64,000 bases of DNA from a bacterium (GCA_963693055.1 OY843751.1:6144001-6208000); one strand, 5' to 3'. Counted from the stretch's first letter, positions 10,775-22,545 are shown. The notes: generated from the letters alone by a model not told the origin. Made by a program: numbers and translations.

Positions 10775-11353
10775 TTATTCAAGAATTCGTTTAGCGCCAA
10801 GATATTGCTGTTTGTACGGAGATTGAGTAAGTATTGAAACGGTTACCCCACTACTGACTGAAGCATGTACAAATTTGCCCTTTGCCAGATAAAAACCAAC
10901 ATGTAGTGGCTTTTTTCCCTGCCCATCATTGAAAAACAATAAATCACCAAATTTCAGATCCCGTACGGAAACCGATGTTCCGGTTTTTGATAATTGAGTT
11001 GTGCTGTGTGGTAAATCAATATCTGCGGCTCTTTTATACATGGTTGCAATTAAACCTGAGCAATCGGTGCCAGATGGAGAAGCACCACCCCATACATAAG
11101 GAGCGCCCATAAACCGCTTGATCTCTGCAATAAAAGCATTATACATGGTTTTATTCAAGCGTTTGCCGGTTCCGGAAATTGCTGATTGTTGTGGCGAACT
11201 GCTTGATTCCGGGGTTGATGCAGGTGAGTCCCAGGCAGTGCGGGATGTTTCACCATCCAGGTTTTCAGGATATCTGGGTACAAGCTTAATCCCACAACCC
11301 GGCAATAAACCCATGGAAAATATTGTTAATGCAATGATTATTATCCGATTCAT
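10775..11353 (-). CDS. NlpC/P60 family peptidoglycan endopeptidase lipoprotein
   Basis: Lipobox LPGC; PYVWGG...DCSGL, GDLLFF, HVGFY, HAS. Confidence 0.92.
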   Translation of the reverse strand: MNRIIIIALTIFSMGLLPGCGIKLVPRYPENLDGETSRTAWDSPASTPESSSSPQQSAISGTGKRLNKTMYNAFIAEIKRFMGAPYVWGGASPSGTDCSGLIATMYKRAADIDLPHSTTQLSKTGTSVSVRDLKFGDLLFFNDGQGKKPLHVGFYLAKGKFVHASVSSGVTVSILTQSPYKQQYLGAKRILE

Positions 11354-11481
11354 ATAAAAATTCCTTTACTGTATTGAAATTAATAGTTTTATAGTAAATA
11401 TTCAAGGAAAATATGTAAAATAAATTTTAACTTGTATATCATCTTATATTCTTATAATTTATAGAAAAAGCAGGGAATTAT

Positions 11482-11865
11482 ATGGCTAAAGGCTCAAAAG
11501 GTGTAGAGTTTCGTATCGTATTGTTTTTCCTGGTACTTGTGCTGGGTTATCTGGGCTATCAAAAATACGGTATACCATTGCAGGCAATAGGAACATCACA
11601 CTTTATTATTTATGATACTCAGGCTGAAAATGATGCGTATATAAAGGCAAATTTGTCTAAAAAACAAATGAGTACGCTAGATCGTTTATTGTTGAAAGAA
11701 AAGAAAGACGGTGGTTTGCGGTTGAGTACCAAAACTCTTTCCAACATGACCCATGGTGATGTGGAATTGGAACAGGCATATTTGCGTTGGAGAAAGTGCA
11801 GAGAGATGATGCGCTCTAAACATCACACAATTTATCCGGATGAACGACATTTGTATAAAAAATAG
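11482..11865 (+). CDS. Hypothetical protein with an N-terminal membrane anchor
   Basis: GGGA SD, single hydrophobic segment, 127 aa. Confidence 0.55.
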   Translation: MAKGSKGVEFRIVLFFLVLVLGYLGYQKYGIPLQAIGTSHFIIYDTQAENDAYIKANLSKKQMSTLDRLLLKEKKDGGLRLSTKTLSNMTHGDVELEQAYLRWRKCREMMRSKHHTIYPDERHLYKK

Positions 11866-11888
11866 AGTCTTATTGGGTAAATCCATAC

Positions 11889-13202
11889 ATGGTTAAACTT
11901 TCAATCTTTTTCAAAATAAACTGGATGATGCTTAGCCGGGGAAAAAAAATCCGCAAGCTGGCAGAGATAAAAAATCCTAAACGGCGGTCTGCAATTATAC
12001 TGCTGGAAACAGATCCCCAGGTGTGTCAGGCGGCACTGTCTTTACCGTTAACACCCAATGGTATAGCGGCTATTGCACGTAGGCATAAAACAGTATATGT
12101 GCGCCTGTTGGCAACGCAGATGCTGGAAAATGAATCGGTTCTTACTACTATTGCAAGACATGATCCTAATGACAGCGTTCGACGATTGGCTTTGGACAAG
12201 AGCAAAGATCCACGATTGGTACAAGACCGCTGTAAAAATGATCCTTCACTGATTGTGCGCAAGGCTGCTGTTATACGGTTAACGGATGCTTCCATGTTGA
12301 GGCGGGTGATTCTTTCTGACAAGAGCCCGGTTGTTCGGCTGGCCGCGCTTGAAAAAGTATTTGATGATGAATTGATAACCAAAGTGGCTTTTGACGATCA
12401 GGATACGGATGTGAGGGCGCTGGCTGTTTCCAGAATTACACAGCAAAAGCTGTTGCAGCAAATCTTGAGTAAAGATAAAAGCACAACTGTACAAATTGCC
12501 GCAGTTAGGAATCTTATCTCTCAGGATATTCTGGCCATGTTTTTATTTAGCCCGCTGGAAGAACCCGTAAAAATAGAAATTATAAAACGACTCAAAGACC
12601 AGAATGGACTATACCAGGCAGCAATACGCGATGAAAATGAAACCATTCGTATTCATGCTGCAAAAGCAATTATAGACCCTGCATTGCGCGCCAAACTTGC
12701 CAAGAGTTCACCGGATTTGCAGGTGAGACTGAATGCAATTGAACAGATAACAGATCAGAACATACTGGCAGATATTGCAACCTTTGACAAATTGAACCAT
12801 ATCCGTGTTGCGGCATTAAATAAAATACGGGAACAATCAATTATCAAAGATATTGCTTGTACGGATCCTGATGAGATTGTCTGTTTTCATGCGGTAGACC
12901 GGATAGCACGTGCGAATTTGCTTTATGACATTATCATGACTGCAAAGCTGTTCCCGGTGAGAACGTATGCGTTGGAAAAGTTGAATGATCAGGAGTGGCT
13001 GGCCAATGTAATTTTTAATCATAAAAGTGATACGCTGCAGGAACAGGCACTCACCAAAGTGATCAGCCCCAAAGTGCTTGAAGATATTGTACTGCAAACC
13101 AAACTGGATATTAAATTGAGACGCAATGCGCTGGAAAAGTTGAAAAATACCCCCAAATTTCATTTTTTGAAAAAACTGGTTTATCCTACTGAGGAATTAT
13201 GA
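11889..13202 (+). CDS. HEAT-like alpha-helical repeat protein
   Basis: About 25-aa repeats D....VR..A...i.d...L..ia. Confidence 0.75.
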   Translation: MVKLSIFFKINWMMLSRGKKIRKLAEIKNPKRRSAIILLETDPQVCQAALSLPLTPNGIAAIARRHKTVYVRLLATQMLENESVLTTIARHDPNDSVRRLALDKSKDPRLVQDRCKNDPSLIVRKAAVIRLTDASMLRRVILSDKSPVVRLAALEKVFDDELITKVAFDDQDTDVRALAVSRITQQKLLQQILSKDKSTTVQIAAVRNLISQDILAMFLFSPLEEPVKIEIIKRLKDQNGLYQAAIRDENETIRIHAAKAIIDPALRAKLAKSSPDLQVRLNAIEQITDQNILADIATFDKLNHIRVAALNKIREQSIIKDIACTDPDEIVCFHAVDRIARANLLYDIIMTAKLFPVRTYALEKLNDQEWLANVIFNHKSDTLQEQALTKVISPKVLEDIVLQTKLDIKLRRNALEKLKNTPKFHFLKKLVYPTEEL

Positions 13203-14131
13203 GATCTTTAGTTTTATATATGTTATTCTTTTCATCCCTGTTGATTGCACAGGTCCCCGGGAATGAGCTCCAATTGCAATTGAAATTTATTCGTACAATT
13301 GGTGAACGTGGAGATGCTCCGGGACAGTTTGAATCTCCTGCCAGCCTGGATGTTTCACCCATGGGCAGGTTGTATGTGGTGGATACCGGCAATAATCGCA
13401 TTCAACAGTTTGATGAATTGGGCAAACTGGTTTCTCATATTGGTGGATTTGGATGGGAGAGCGGGCAATTTCAACAGCCAATGGATATTGACAGTGGCAA
13501 TGCTCTTGACCTTTATATTGCAGATCAGGAAAATAACCGTATTGAACGCTATGATAAAGACCTGAACTGGATTTCCTCGCTTTATTCTGATGATGCTTTG
13601 GAAGAAAATTTGAGATTTGCTTTTCCTGTATCCCTAAGTATAAATATGCATGGCGAATTGTTTATCATTGACCGGGATTATAAACGCACGTTAAAATTCA
13701 ATTCCCAGTTTGAGCCCATCATCCGGTTTGGAGATTTTGACTGGGGTGATGGAGCATTAAAAACACCTGTTCATATTCATGTTTCGCAGAATGACAAGGT
13801 TTATATCTCTGACCAGGAAGCCGGTTGTGTTAAAGTATATGATGATTATGGAAATTATCTATATGATATGGGTAATGAACAGTTGTCTTCTCCCACAGGT
13901 CTTTGTACAGGCCCTAAAAATTTACTCATTGTGGCGGATAGTGTACAAGACCAGCTTTTATTTTTTGATGTCAATGGTCGACTGGTTTACACATTTGGAG
14001 CGAGTGGAGATGCTTTTGGAGCATTCAACAAACCCGGTGATGTAAGCTGCTTTCGTGACAACCTCTATGTTGCCGATACCGGCAATCATCGTATTCAATT
14101 GTTCAAATTAACTTTTTTGTCGTCCAATTAA
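13199..14131 (+). CDS. Secreted NHL-repeat beta-propeller protein
   Basis: Signal peptide; repeated GQF..P...YV.DTGN.RIQ.F; 4-nt ATGA overlap with the upstream gene. Confidence 0.9.
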   Translation: MRSLVLYMLFFSSLLIAQVPGNELQLQLKFIRTIGERGDAPGQFESPASLDVSPMGRLYVVDTGNNRIQQFDELGKLVSHIGGFGWESGQFQQPMDIDSGNALDLYIADQENNRIERYDKDLNWISSLYSDDALEENLRFAFPVSLSINMHGELFIIDRDYKRTLKFNSQFEPIIRFGDFDWGDGALKTPVHIHVSQNDKVYISDQEAGCVKVYDDYGNYLYDMGNEQLSSPTGLCTGPKNLLIVADSVQDQLLFFDVNGRLVYTFGASGDAFGAFNKPGDVSCFRDNLYVADTGNHRIQLFKLTFLSSN

Positions 14132-14138
14132 GGTAAAC

Positions 14139-17100
14139 ATGTCCGCATTCATCAGCCCCCAACGGATCCGTATTTGCTTCTTGATGGTTTTGATATCCTT
14201 ACCTGTATTCGCGCAAACCAGCGGTAAGCTGGGTCAAACAAGTTTGTATGAAAAAGATATTACCCTGATGGGTGAAGACCGCAAAGGCCCCTATTTTTTG
14301 CCTGACAGTTTGATTCTTGCCAATTCCGAATCTATATTCATAAACGGAGAGCCGTTACCACCCATAGCCTACGAAATGGATTATATTGATGGAGAGGTCC
14401 GTTTCAAAAATTCTATTAGTAGCTCTATATCAATTCGGTTGAAATATAAAGTGCTGTATGTACCGTTGTTAAAAAGTTATTATCATCGACAAATCAAGCA
14501 GCGTGTTTTTAACGCGCCCACAGGACCGTCAGACCGGCACAAAGTATCGTTAGAGCAGGAGGAGGAAGAAGAATATGCCGCCAACCTCACCAAAAGCGGA
14601 AGTATTACTCGTGGCGTGACCATGGGCAACAACCGTGGTTTAAAAGTCAATTCCAGTTTGAACATAAATGTAAACGGCAAAGTAGCAGAGAATGTTGAGG
14701 TAGTGGCCTCACTTACGGACCAGACTACCCCAATACAGCCAGAGGGGACTACTCAGAACTTGCAGGAAATTGATAAAGTTTTTGTACAGATCAAGGCGCC
14801 CCATCTTTCCGCAACCATGGGTGATTTTCAGCTCAATTATTCCGGGACCCAGTTTGCCGGATACAGTCGTAAACTGCAGGGAGCGATGGGTAAAGCAGAA
14901 AGTGAGGATTTTCAAATTTCTGTTTCAGGCGCGGTTTCGCGAGGTACTTATACAACCATGCAATTCAACGGGCAGGAGAGCTACCAGGGACCATATCAGC
15001 TAAAAGGTGATTTAGGGCAGATTGATATAATTATTCTGGCGGGAACGGAACGGGTTTATATTGATGGGGAGCAAATGGTGCGGGGAGAGACCAATGATTA
15101 TATTATTGATTATGCTGCCGCACAGATTACGTTTACCCGCAAGCGCCTTATCACATCCGATTCCCGCGTTACCATAGATTTTCAATACTCTGATGAAAAA
15201 TTCAGACGAAATCTTTATTCCGCTGAAGGCAAGGCTCAATTTCTGGATGGGCGCATTTCTTTAACAACTACGTATTTGCGTGAAGCAGACGACAAAAACA
15301 ATCCTCTTGACTTTACCCTCACAGATGACAAATTGTCCGTGCTTCAGGCTTCGGGCGACGAATCTCAACTTGCGGCTATTGACGGGGCCTCGTATGTCGG
15401 CCTCGGAGAAGGGCGTTATATTAAAGACGATCAGAGCGTTTTTGTCTATGTGGGTGCAGATTCAGGAGATTATCAGGTGTCTTTTTCCGATGTGGGAAGT
15501 GGCAATGGCGCGTATCAATATAAAGGTTCCGGTATATTCGAGTATGTGGGTGAAAATGAAGCGCGTTATGCTCCCGTAGTGGTGCTGCCACAAGCACAGA
15601 GCCACAATCTGCTCGACTTTGATCTGCTGATGCAGCCGGTTTCGTTCCTGAAACTGCGCGGTGAAATTGCCGTGAGTGGACGGGATGAAAATACCTATTC
15701 GGACATTGATGATGATGATAATGATGGTCTAGCCCAGAACTGGTCTATCGGATTGGTGCCTGAAAAGATGCGGTTGTTTGGTAAAGATCTGGGTAGAATG
15801 GATCTTACCGGTTCCTGGCGCAAGATTAATAATGGCTTCAGTGATATTGACCGGACTACCGAGATTGAATACAATCGCAAATGGGACCTGCCCAATGACG
15901 CGCAGCGTGGAGAAAATACACGGGAGCTGACAGGTCGCTATATGCCTGTTACCGGTCTTGCTGTGGGGGGATCTTATGGCAGTACGCGTAAAGAGTTGTT
16001 TCGGTCAGAACGCTGGCAGGCGGAGAGTAGTTTAAAGCGAAAAGCCTTGCCGGAATATTCGGTCAAAGTAGAGCAGATCAATACCGAGAACGATAATACC
16101 CGGCAATCAGGAGACTGGTGGCGAAGTAAAGGCAATGTGTCATGGTCTTTGTGGTCTGTTCGGCCTTTTTCAAAGTATGAGGGAGAAAAAAAACGCGAAA
16201 ACTGGTCTGATTCTTTGTACACAGGTTTCAAGTTTGACGACGTAACCGGTGGTATAGAGCTCAATCCTTTTCAAAAATTATCGATAATGGCCCAAATATC
16301 GAATCGGCAGGACAGCGATTATGACGGTCCCGGAAGCTTTGAAAAAAAATCAGAAGCAAATACACAGAATTATCAGATGCGGTTACAGAATATAAAGTCG
16401 TTCAATGCCAGTCTTGATTTTACACATCGTGAGCGTATATATGCCGACCCGCAAGTGAGCAATGTTAATACCGATCTGGCCGAGCTGAGAATGGGTTTTC
16501 ATCCCTGGAAACGGGCTATAAGTGCGGACATGAATTACCAGATTTCAAACACCGCTACTGCGAAAAAAGAGCGTGTTTATATCGAGGTTACCGAGGGAGA
16601 TGGTAACTATCGTTTTGATGAAGATTTGAACGAATATGTTAGCGATCCCTTGGGGGACCACATTTTAAGAATTCTTACAACCGATGATTTTCTGCCGGTG
16701 GTTGAATTAAAATCCAGTTCACGGTTACGATTTGAACCGCGTAGAGTGTTTAAGCCGGCGTCTTCAAAAAAACAACCGTTCTGGAAACGGGCGGTATCTG
16801 CACTTTCCTCAGAATCGTATGTGGTTATTGATGAAAAATCTCAGGAAGAGGATGTTTGGGGAATCTATTTGATGGATTTTTCAAAATATCGCCAGGAAGC
16901 CACTACGATATTCGGAAATTTGCAATTCAGACAGGATTTGTACCTGTTTGAAAATGATCGTGATTTTTCATTGCGATTCAGATACCGGTCCCGTGATGAA
17001 AAAAATAATCAGTATTTGGAAGGCGGCCAGGACCGTATAGAGCAGGAGCGCATTCTTCGAATTACAGCCCGACTGGCAGATAAATGGAGTTCACAATCCG

Positions 17101-17567
17101 AGTTGTCTAGTGGGCAGACCGCGCGGGTGTTCAATTTTAGCGGCAGGCAGGACCGGGATATTTATGCCAAATCCATCAAGACGGATGTGTCTTACCGGCC
17201 CACTTCCCCGCTTGAACTGGCGTTGGAAGCACGGTTTTCTTTGGAAGAGGACCGATATTATGAAGAACCAACCCAATTGCAGGCCTTTGCACTAGTTCCG
17301 CGGGTGAATTACTCGCTGCGCCAAAAAGGACGTTTAACTGCCGAGCTTGAATGGAGTAATGTTACAGCCGAGCCGGAAGATCGGGTAATTCCCTATGAAA
17401 TGGCAAGCGGCCGCAGTTTAGGCCAGTCTTTACGTTGGGATATGCGTTTTGATTACCGTATTTCAGATACCATCCGCGCTACGTTTTCGTATTGCGGAAG
17501 AAACGAACCGGAACGTGACCGTACCATCCATACCGGTCGGGCACAAGTCACTGCAGCATTTAAATAG
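14139..17567 (+). CDS. Very large outer-membrane beta-barrel protein of unknown function (two SprA-like DYxIDY motifs)
   Basis: Signal peptide; YEMDYIDGEVRF and NDYIIDYAAAQITF; long amphipathic beta-strand C-terminal half ending ...VTAAFK. Confidence 0.6.
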   Translation: MSAFISPQRIRICFLMVLISLPVFAQTSGKLGQTSLYEKDITLMGEDRKGPYFLPDSLILANSESIFINGEPLPPIAYEMDYIDGEVRFKNSISSSISIRLKYKVLYVPLLKSYYHRQIKQRVFNAPTGPSDRHKVSLEQEEEEEYAANLTKSGSITRGVTMGNNRGLKVNSSLNINVNGKVAENVEVVASLTDQTTPIQPEGTTQNLQEIDKVFVQIKAPHLSATMGDFQLNYSGTQFAGYSRKLQGAMGKAESEDFQISVSGAVSRGTYTTMQFNGQESYQGPYQLKGDLGQIDIIILAGTERVYIDGEQMVRGETNDYIIDYAAAQITFTRKRLITSDSRVTIDFQYSDEKFRRNLYSAEGKAQFLDGRISLTTTYLREADDKNNPLDFTLTDDKLSVLQASGDESQLAAIDGASYVGLGEGRYIKDDQSVFVYVGADSGDYQVSFSDVGSGNGAYQYKGSGIFEYVGENEARYAPVVVLPQAQSHNLLDFDLLMQPVSFLKLRGEIAVSGRDENTYSDIDDDDNDGLAQNWSIGLVPEKMRLFGKDLGRMDLTGSWRKINNGFSDIDRTTEIEYNRKWDLPNDAQRGENTRELTGRYMPVTGLAVGGSYGSTRKELFRSERWQAESSLKRKALPEYSVKVEQINTENDNTRQSGDWWRSKGNVSWSLWSVRPFSKYEGEKKRENWSDSLYTGFKFDDVTGGIELNPFQKLSIMAQISNRQDSDYDGPGSFEKKSEANTQNYQMRLQNIKSFNASLDFTHRERIYADPQVSNVNTDLAELRMGFHPWKRAISADMNYQISNTATAKKERVYIEVTEGDGNYRFDEDLNEYVSDPLGDHILRILTTDDFLPVVELKSSSRLRFEPRRVFKPASSKKQPFWKRAVSALSSESYVVIDEKSQEEDVWGIYLMDFSKYRQEATTIFGNLQFRQDLYLFENDRDFSLRFRYRSRDEKNNQYLEGGQDRIEQERILRITARLADKWSSQSELSSGQTARVFNFSGRQDRDIYAKSIKTDVSYRPTSPLELALEARFSLEEDRYYEEPTQLQAFALVPRVNYSLRQKGRLTAELEWSNVTAEPEDRVIPYEMASGRSLGQSLRWDMRFDYRISDTIRATFSYCGRNEPERDRTIHTGRAQVTAAFK

Positions 17568-17645
17568 TTAGTTTTTAAATAAAGATTATAGATGTTTAAG
17601 AATTGTGAAAATTGGATTTTAATATAGTTTAGTCAAATATATTTT

Positions 17646-17705
17646 CTCTGTGTCCTTTGTGTCTCTGTGGTTCTATTTCACCACAGAGACACAGAGAACA
17701 CGGAG
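17646..17705. repeat. Intergenic hairpin with 26-bp arms built of roughly 9-bp periodic units (GxxExxY-associated type)
   Basis: CTCTGTGTCCTTTGTGTCTCTGTGGT / ACCACAGAGACACAGAGAACACGGAG, 23/26 complementary. Confidence 0.8.
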
Positions 17706-17749
17706 GTTAAAATGAAATAATTTAATTGAAAAATTTAGTTAAAACGAAA

Positions 17750-19507
17750 ATGAAAAAGAATCTGATACATATATTTTTGATTCAATTGATGGCCTTTTAC
17801 GGACTATATGCCAAGCCCACAATAAAGGATATTGGTTTTCATGGTATTGAACAGGTCTCTGAAAAACAGGCGCGGGAATGGCTTGACATGAAGGAAAATG
17901 CCGTTTTTGATATAACTGCAATCCGTTCAAATATCACCAAGCTGCTGCAAGGGTACAGTGACGCGGGTATGCCGTTTACACGTATGGATTCGCTGTTGTA
18001 CATCATTTCGGAGGACAGCTCTGATGCACAGGTAGATATATATATCACCGAAGGTGAGATGGTTCATGGCGGGGAAATCAATCTTGTGGGTGTAGATAGC
18101 TTGAGAGCCGCTCAGATCAAACAGCACTTTGACTATCGTACCGGTAGAACATTGGATACCGGTCTTTTTGAACGGGACCTGGATGACGCCCTGACACGTC
18201 TTGAGAAAATGGGGCACCCCTTTAGCCGTTTTGATTTATACGCGATGGAACTGGATTCATCCCAATCTTCAATCGGTCTGACATGGAAAACCAGTCTGGG
18301 GCCGCAGTTGATTGTCAAAGAAATCACCATCCTAGGTAATGATTTAACCAAAGATTATGTTATTTTGCGTACCATCAAGATCAAACCCGACCAGTTGTAC
18401 GATTATAACAAGGTTTCTCAGATCAAACAGCGCTTGATGAAATCCGGATTTTTTGAACAAGTAGAAGAACCACAGGTGTTCTGGACTTCCGGGAATGAAG
18501 GCGGATTGCTGATAGAGGTAAAAGAGGGCAACGCAAGCAAGTTTGATGGTGTGCTGGGATACAATCCCGGTACCGATGATGAGGGCGGTTATTTAACCGG
18601 CCTGGTGGATATTGCACTGGGCAATCTGTTTGGCACCGGGCGGGCATTGTCTATTCACTGGCAAAAGCGGGACCGTGAATCTCAGGACCTGAGTTTGCAT
18701 TACCGTGAGCCATGGGTGGCGGGCTGGCCACTGGCAATTGGATTTGGATTTGAACAGTTGATACAGGATAGTACATATATTCAGCGCAATCTGTCTGTTG
18801 ATTTTTCTTTCCCCATTTATGATAATTTTACCGCCATTGGTTCTGTGTCACGCAATGAAATTAGTCCCGATTCGTTGGGCAGCTATCTATTGGGGATCCC
18901 CAAAAGCCGTACCCTTAATGCCGCTATAGGATTAACATACGATACCCGTGATGATCGCATTAATCCGCAGAACGGGGTGTATTATGAGACCGAGATCGAG
19001 TCCGGAGTCAAGACCAATCTGGGTCCGCAGAATTTGATGGAAATGCTCGAGTTACGTGAGGATGTGAACAACAAGCGTCTCTCACTGGATGTTGAATTTT
19101 ATCAGCTTTTATTTAAACGTCAGGTGCTGGCGGTCACATTACATGGACGTCAGGTACGCAGCAACGAAAAATACATTCCGGTATCTGACCAGTATCGACT
19201 GGGGGGAACTCGTTCGCTACGTGGTTTTCGGGAAGATCAGTTCCGGGGTTCGGGGATTGCCTGGAGCAATCTGGAATATCGATATATTATGGGTCGGCGT
19301 TCGTGGGCGTTTTTGTTTCTGGATACCGGTTATTATTTCAGCGAGACCCAGTCCGGAGTGAATGAGGATTACAAAATCGGCTATGGATTTGGATTCAGGC
19401 TTGAGACCGGTTTGGGGATCATGGGGATTGATTATGGTCTGGGTAGAGGGGAAACCGATGGCCTGTTCAGCGGTATGCTGCACGTGGGTATCGTCAACGA
19501 ATTTTAA
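17750..19507 (+). CDS. BamA/TamA (Omp85) family outer-membrane protein with POTRA domains
   Basis: POTRA-like repeats (GN..TKD.VI.R), NLFGTGR, LRGFRE (VRGF motif), terminal Phe. Confidence 0.88.
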   Translation: MKKNLIHIFLIQLMAFYGLYAKPTIKDIGFHGIEQVSEKQAREWLDMKENAVFDITAIRSNITKLLQGYSDAGMPFTRMDSLLYIISEDSSDAQVDIYITEGEMVHGGEINLVGVDSLRAAQIKQHFDYRTGRTLDTGLFERDLDDALTRLEKMGHPFSRFDLYAMELDSSQSSIGLTWKTSLGPQLIVKEITILGNDLTKDYVILRTIKIKPDQLYDYNKVSQIKQRLMKSGFFEQVEEPQVFWTSGNEGGLLIEVKEGNASKFDGVLGYNPGTDDEGGYLTGLVDIALGNLFGTGRALSIHWQKRDRESQDLSLHYREPWVAGWPLAIGFGFEQLIQDSTYIQRNLSVDFSFPIYDNFTAIGSVSRNEISPDSLGSYLLGIPKSRTLNAAIGLTYDTRDDRINPQNGVYYETEIESGVKTNLGPQNLMEMLELREDVNNKRLSLDVEFYQLLFKRQVLAVTLHGRQVRSNEKYIPVSDQYRLGGTRSLRGFREDQFRGSGIAWSNLEYRYIMGRRSWAFLFLDTGYYFSETQSGVNEDYKIGYGFGFRLETGLGIMGIDYGLGRGETDGLFSGMLHVGIVNEF

Positions 19508-22500
19508 TCCTGTTGAGAATTCACACTACCCCTACCTTGCATATAGAATAGTAGATCACACGCTTTTATTTTTGTAAAATCTATCGTACCAGGGCCGAGC
19601 CTTGGTATGTGTAATAAATCCTGGAACGAGTGATATCAAATAATACCCGCCATCTGGTTCCAGGCTCTGCCTTGAATCCATGTCAATCCAAGATCGTTTA
19701 CAGAGATGAGTAAATTGGGGAAATGTTAATGATTTTTATATAGTGTAACACATTTCATACTTGCGTTTTATTGGTTTTGCATGTATAATTAGAATATACC
19801 ACAGATGACTTTCTGCAGGGGACAATCGCATCGGGATTCCGGTATTGATTGATGATAAAGTATGTTAAATGATCATCTTATTTTGGAGTGCAAGATGAAA
19901 AGCCGTAGTTCTGTTCTTCTGCTTTTATTAATGGTCAATGTGGTGCTATCTGACGCGATCAAAGTCAATGATAATGTGGTTACCAGCAATCAAGACCTGC
20001 CCGCTATTGCTATGCATCCCAATGGCCCCACGGTCATTTGCTGGCAAGATGGGCGGAATGATGGATTGGATATCTATTTTCAATTGTTCGGCCGCAAAGG
20101 GGCTATGAATGGTGTGAACCGAATGGTTAACGATGTTTCAGATTCCAGCGCAATGTATCCTTTTGTAGATATGAGTAATCAGGGGCATTTTGTAATTACC
20201 TGGAATGATAAACGCAGTGGCAATGTAGATGTTTATTACCAATATTATACTGCAAACGGAACGCCGGTTGGGGAAAACATACAAATCAATGACGACGATA
20301 CTGAATTTACACAAATGTTTCCGGTTGTGGATTTTGCAAAGGATGGGAGTTTTGTCATATCATGGTCTGATGCCCGAAATGGAGAAGATTTTGATATTTA
20401 CGCGCAACGATTCAGTTCGGACAGAGAACCTATTGGTAAAAATTTTTTGGTCAATCAATCTACCCAATATCTCCAGATACAATCCCGAATAGCGGTTTCC
20501 GATTCCGGTAATTTCTGTATTGTTTGGCAGCACAGTGCAGAAGGATCAGGTGAAATTTATGCACGAATTTTTAATAAAGAAGGAACGCCTGTTTCTTCAG
20601 AATTTGTTGTAAGCACACATCTTGACAGTTCGTTAGATTGCTGGACACCTGATGTAGCAGTATTGGCTGATGGACGTTTCGGTATAACCTGGACCTCGGG
20701 AAGTGAAGATCCGGGACGGGAAGCGTATATCAGTGTATATGATGCTAATGCCAACCGCTTAATAGGGCCAGAACGTATTTCGACACTGGATGAATATGAA
20801 TATGTCAGCATGTCACGAATTGCTGCTCATCCGGAATGGAGTGTATTTGAGATCCTTTGGTTGGGATTCAAAGATAGCAACTGGGGACTGTATTCTGATG
20901 ATATCGCTCCGGATATGGCATTTTCTCCTAATCCGTATCATGTTTGTGATTTTGACGGGGGCTATTTTTATTTTGATATTACGCTTGCCCATTTAAAGAA
21001 TTCAATATATGTCTGGCAGGACGGAATAGTTGATGAATTGGATATCTTTGCCGATTGGAACGGTGAAAAAATACCCATGCGCATGACTTTTGGAACCGGG
21101 TTTGACGGAGTGGTACCCATATCCTGGGAGCCGCCTTATGGATATCAGGATGTTGAAAAATACAATATTTATCGTATGCTGCCCGGCATATCAGGACCGG
21201 AAAAGATAGAAACGGTAGATCCCTCATTGCGTATTTTACCCAATATGATGCTGGATTATATCGATACTACGGCGGAAAATGGACAGGAATATGTTTATTC
21301 TGTTGAAATGGATGGCAGCGGTGCGCCAGCTATTATATTACCTGACACAGTCAAGCCGCAAGCCGGCGGGCACAAAATCCGTTCTCAATGGGCAAGCACG
21401 GTTCCCAACATCAATGGTATTCCGGATTATGATTTGGAAGAATGGAAAGGGGCTATCCCCTTGAATATTAAAAATCCTGACGCACAAGATATGGTTGTGT
21501 TGATTGTTATGAATGATGATGACAACTTGTACTTGGCAGTCTATGATGCCAATGATTTTATGCTTGATCCCGGTAATGCATTGGGAATACTGTTTGATGA
21601 AGATGGTGACGGCCGTTGGGAGCACTCTCTTTCTCTGGAAGAGGGGATGATCCGTTTAACAAATGCCTCTACCCAGTTTAGCCCGTTTCTGGGAGAATAT
21701 CCGAACGGGATGCATTTTGGCGTTCCGAAAGTTGATGATAATATAGAATTCGCAGTAGAAAACAATGAAGGCCATATATGGTATGAAGCACGTATCAGTC
21801 TGAAATCCAGTACTCTAAAAGCATCTGCAGGGGATGATATTAAAGCGGCAATCTGGATTGAAGATCCCGGTACGTTTTATGGCAATGGATACGGCAACAG
21901 TGGTGAGTGGCCATTGAATTGTTTGTGGGATTCTGCCCTGCCATTGGGCACCATTACCCTGGCAACACACAAAGACACCATTAAACAATATGACTGGCCC
22001 ATGGTGCACGGAAATCCCCTGGGTAACAATTGGTTAAAAGATGAAGATGTCTTGTACCCTCCCCTGAATACTATTGAATATTTTGCGGATGCCGAGTATG
22101 GTGTAGAAGTATTAAAAACCTTTGGTCACTATCTCATTGTAGGATATTCCAATGATCCGGTTAAATTTACTGTTTTTGATATAAACGAACGTGAGATTCT
22201 ATGGAGTTTTGAACCTCCGGGCTCTAAAAGTGCTTTGAATTGTATACCGGCAACGGATGGCAATGTGGTCGTGTTTGGGGCTCAACAGGCCCTGGGGCTT
22301 TATGGTCTGGATTTGGCGACAGGTGAAGAACTCTGGTTAAAACCCATGGGTTCGTTGCATCTTCAAAATCCGGTTATAGATGATGGCCGGGTCTATATCT
22401 GTAATGATTCGCTTTACTGCCTTGATTTGGAGAATGGTGAAACAATATGGTCTCATGATAATGAGTACATTACCAGACAAATGACACCGGTAGTGGATAA

Positions 22501-22545
22501 AGATTTTGTTTATTATAATACAGGGCGAAAATTGTTATGTTTTGA

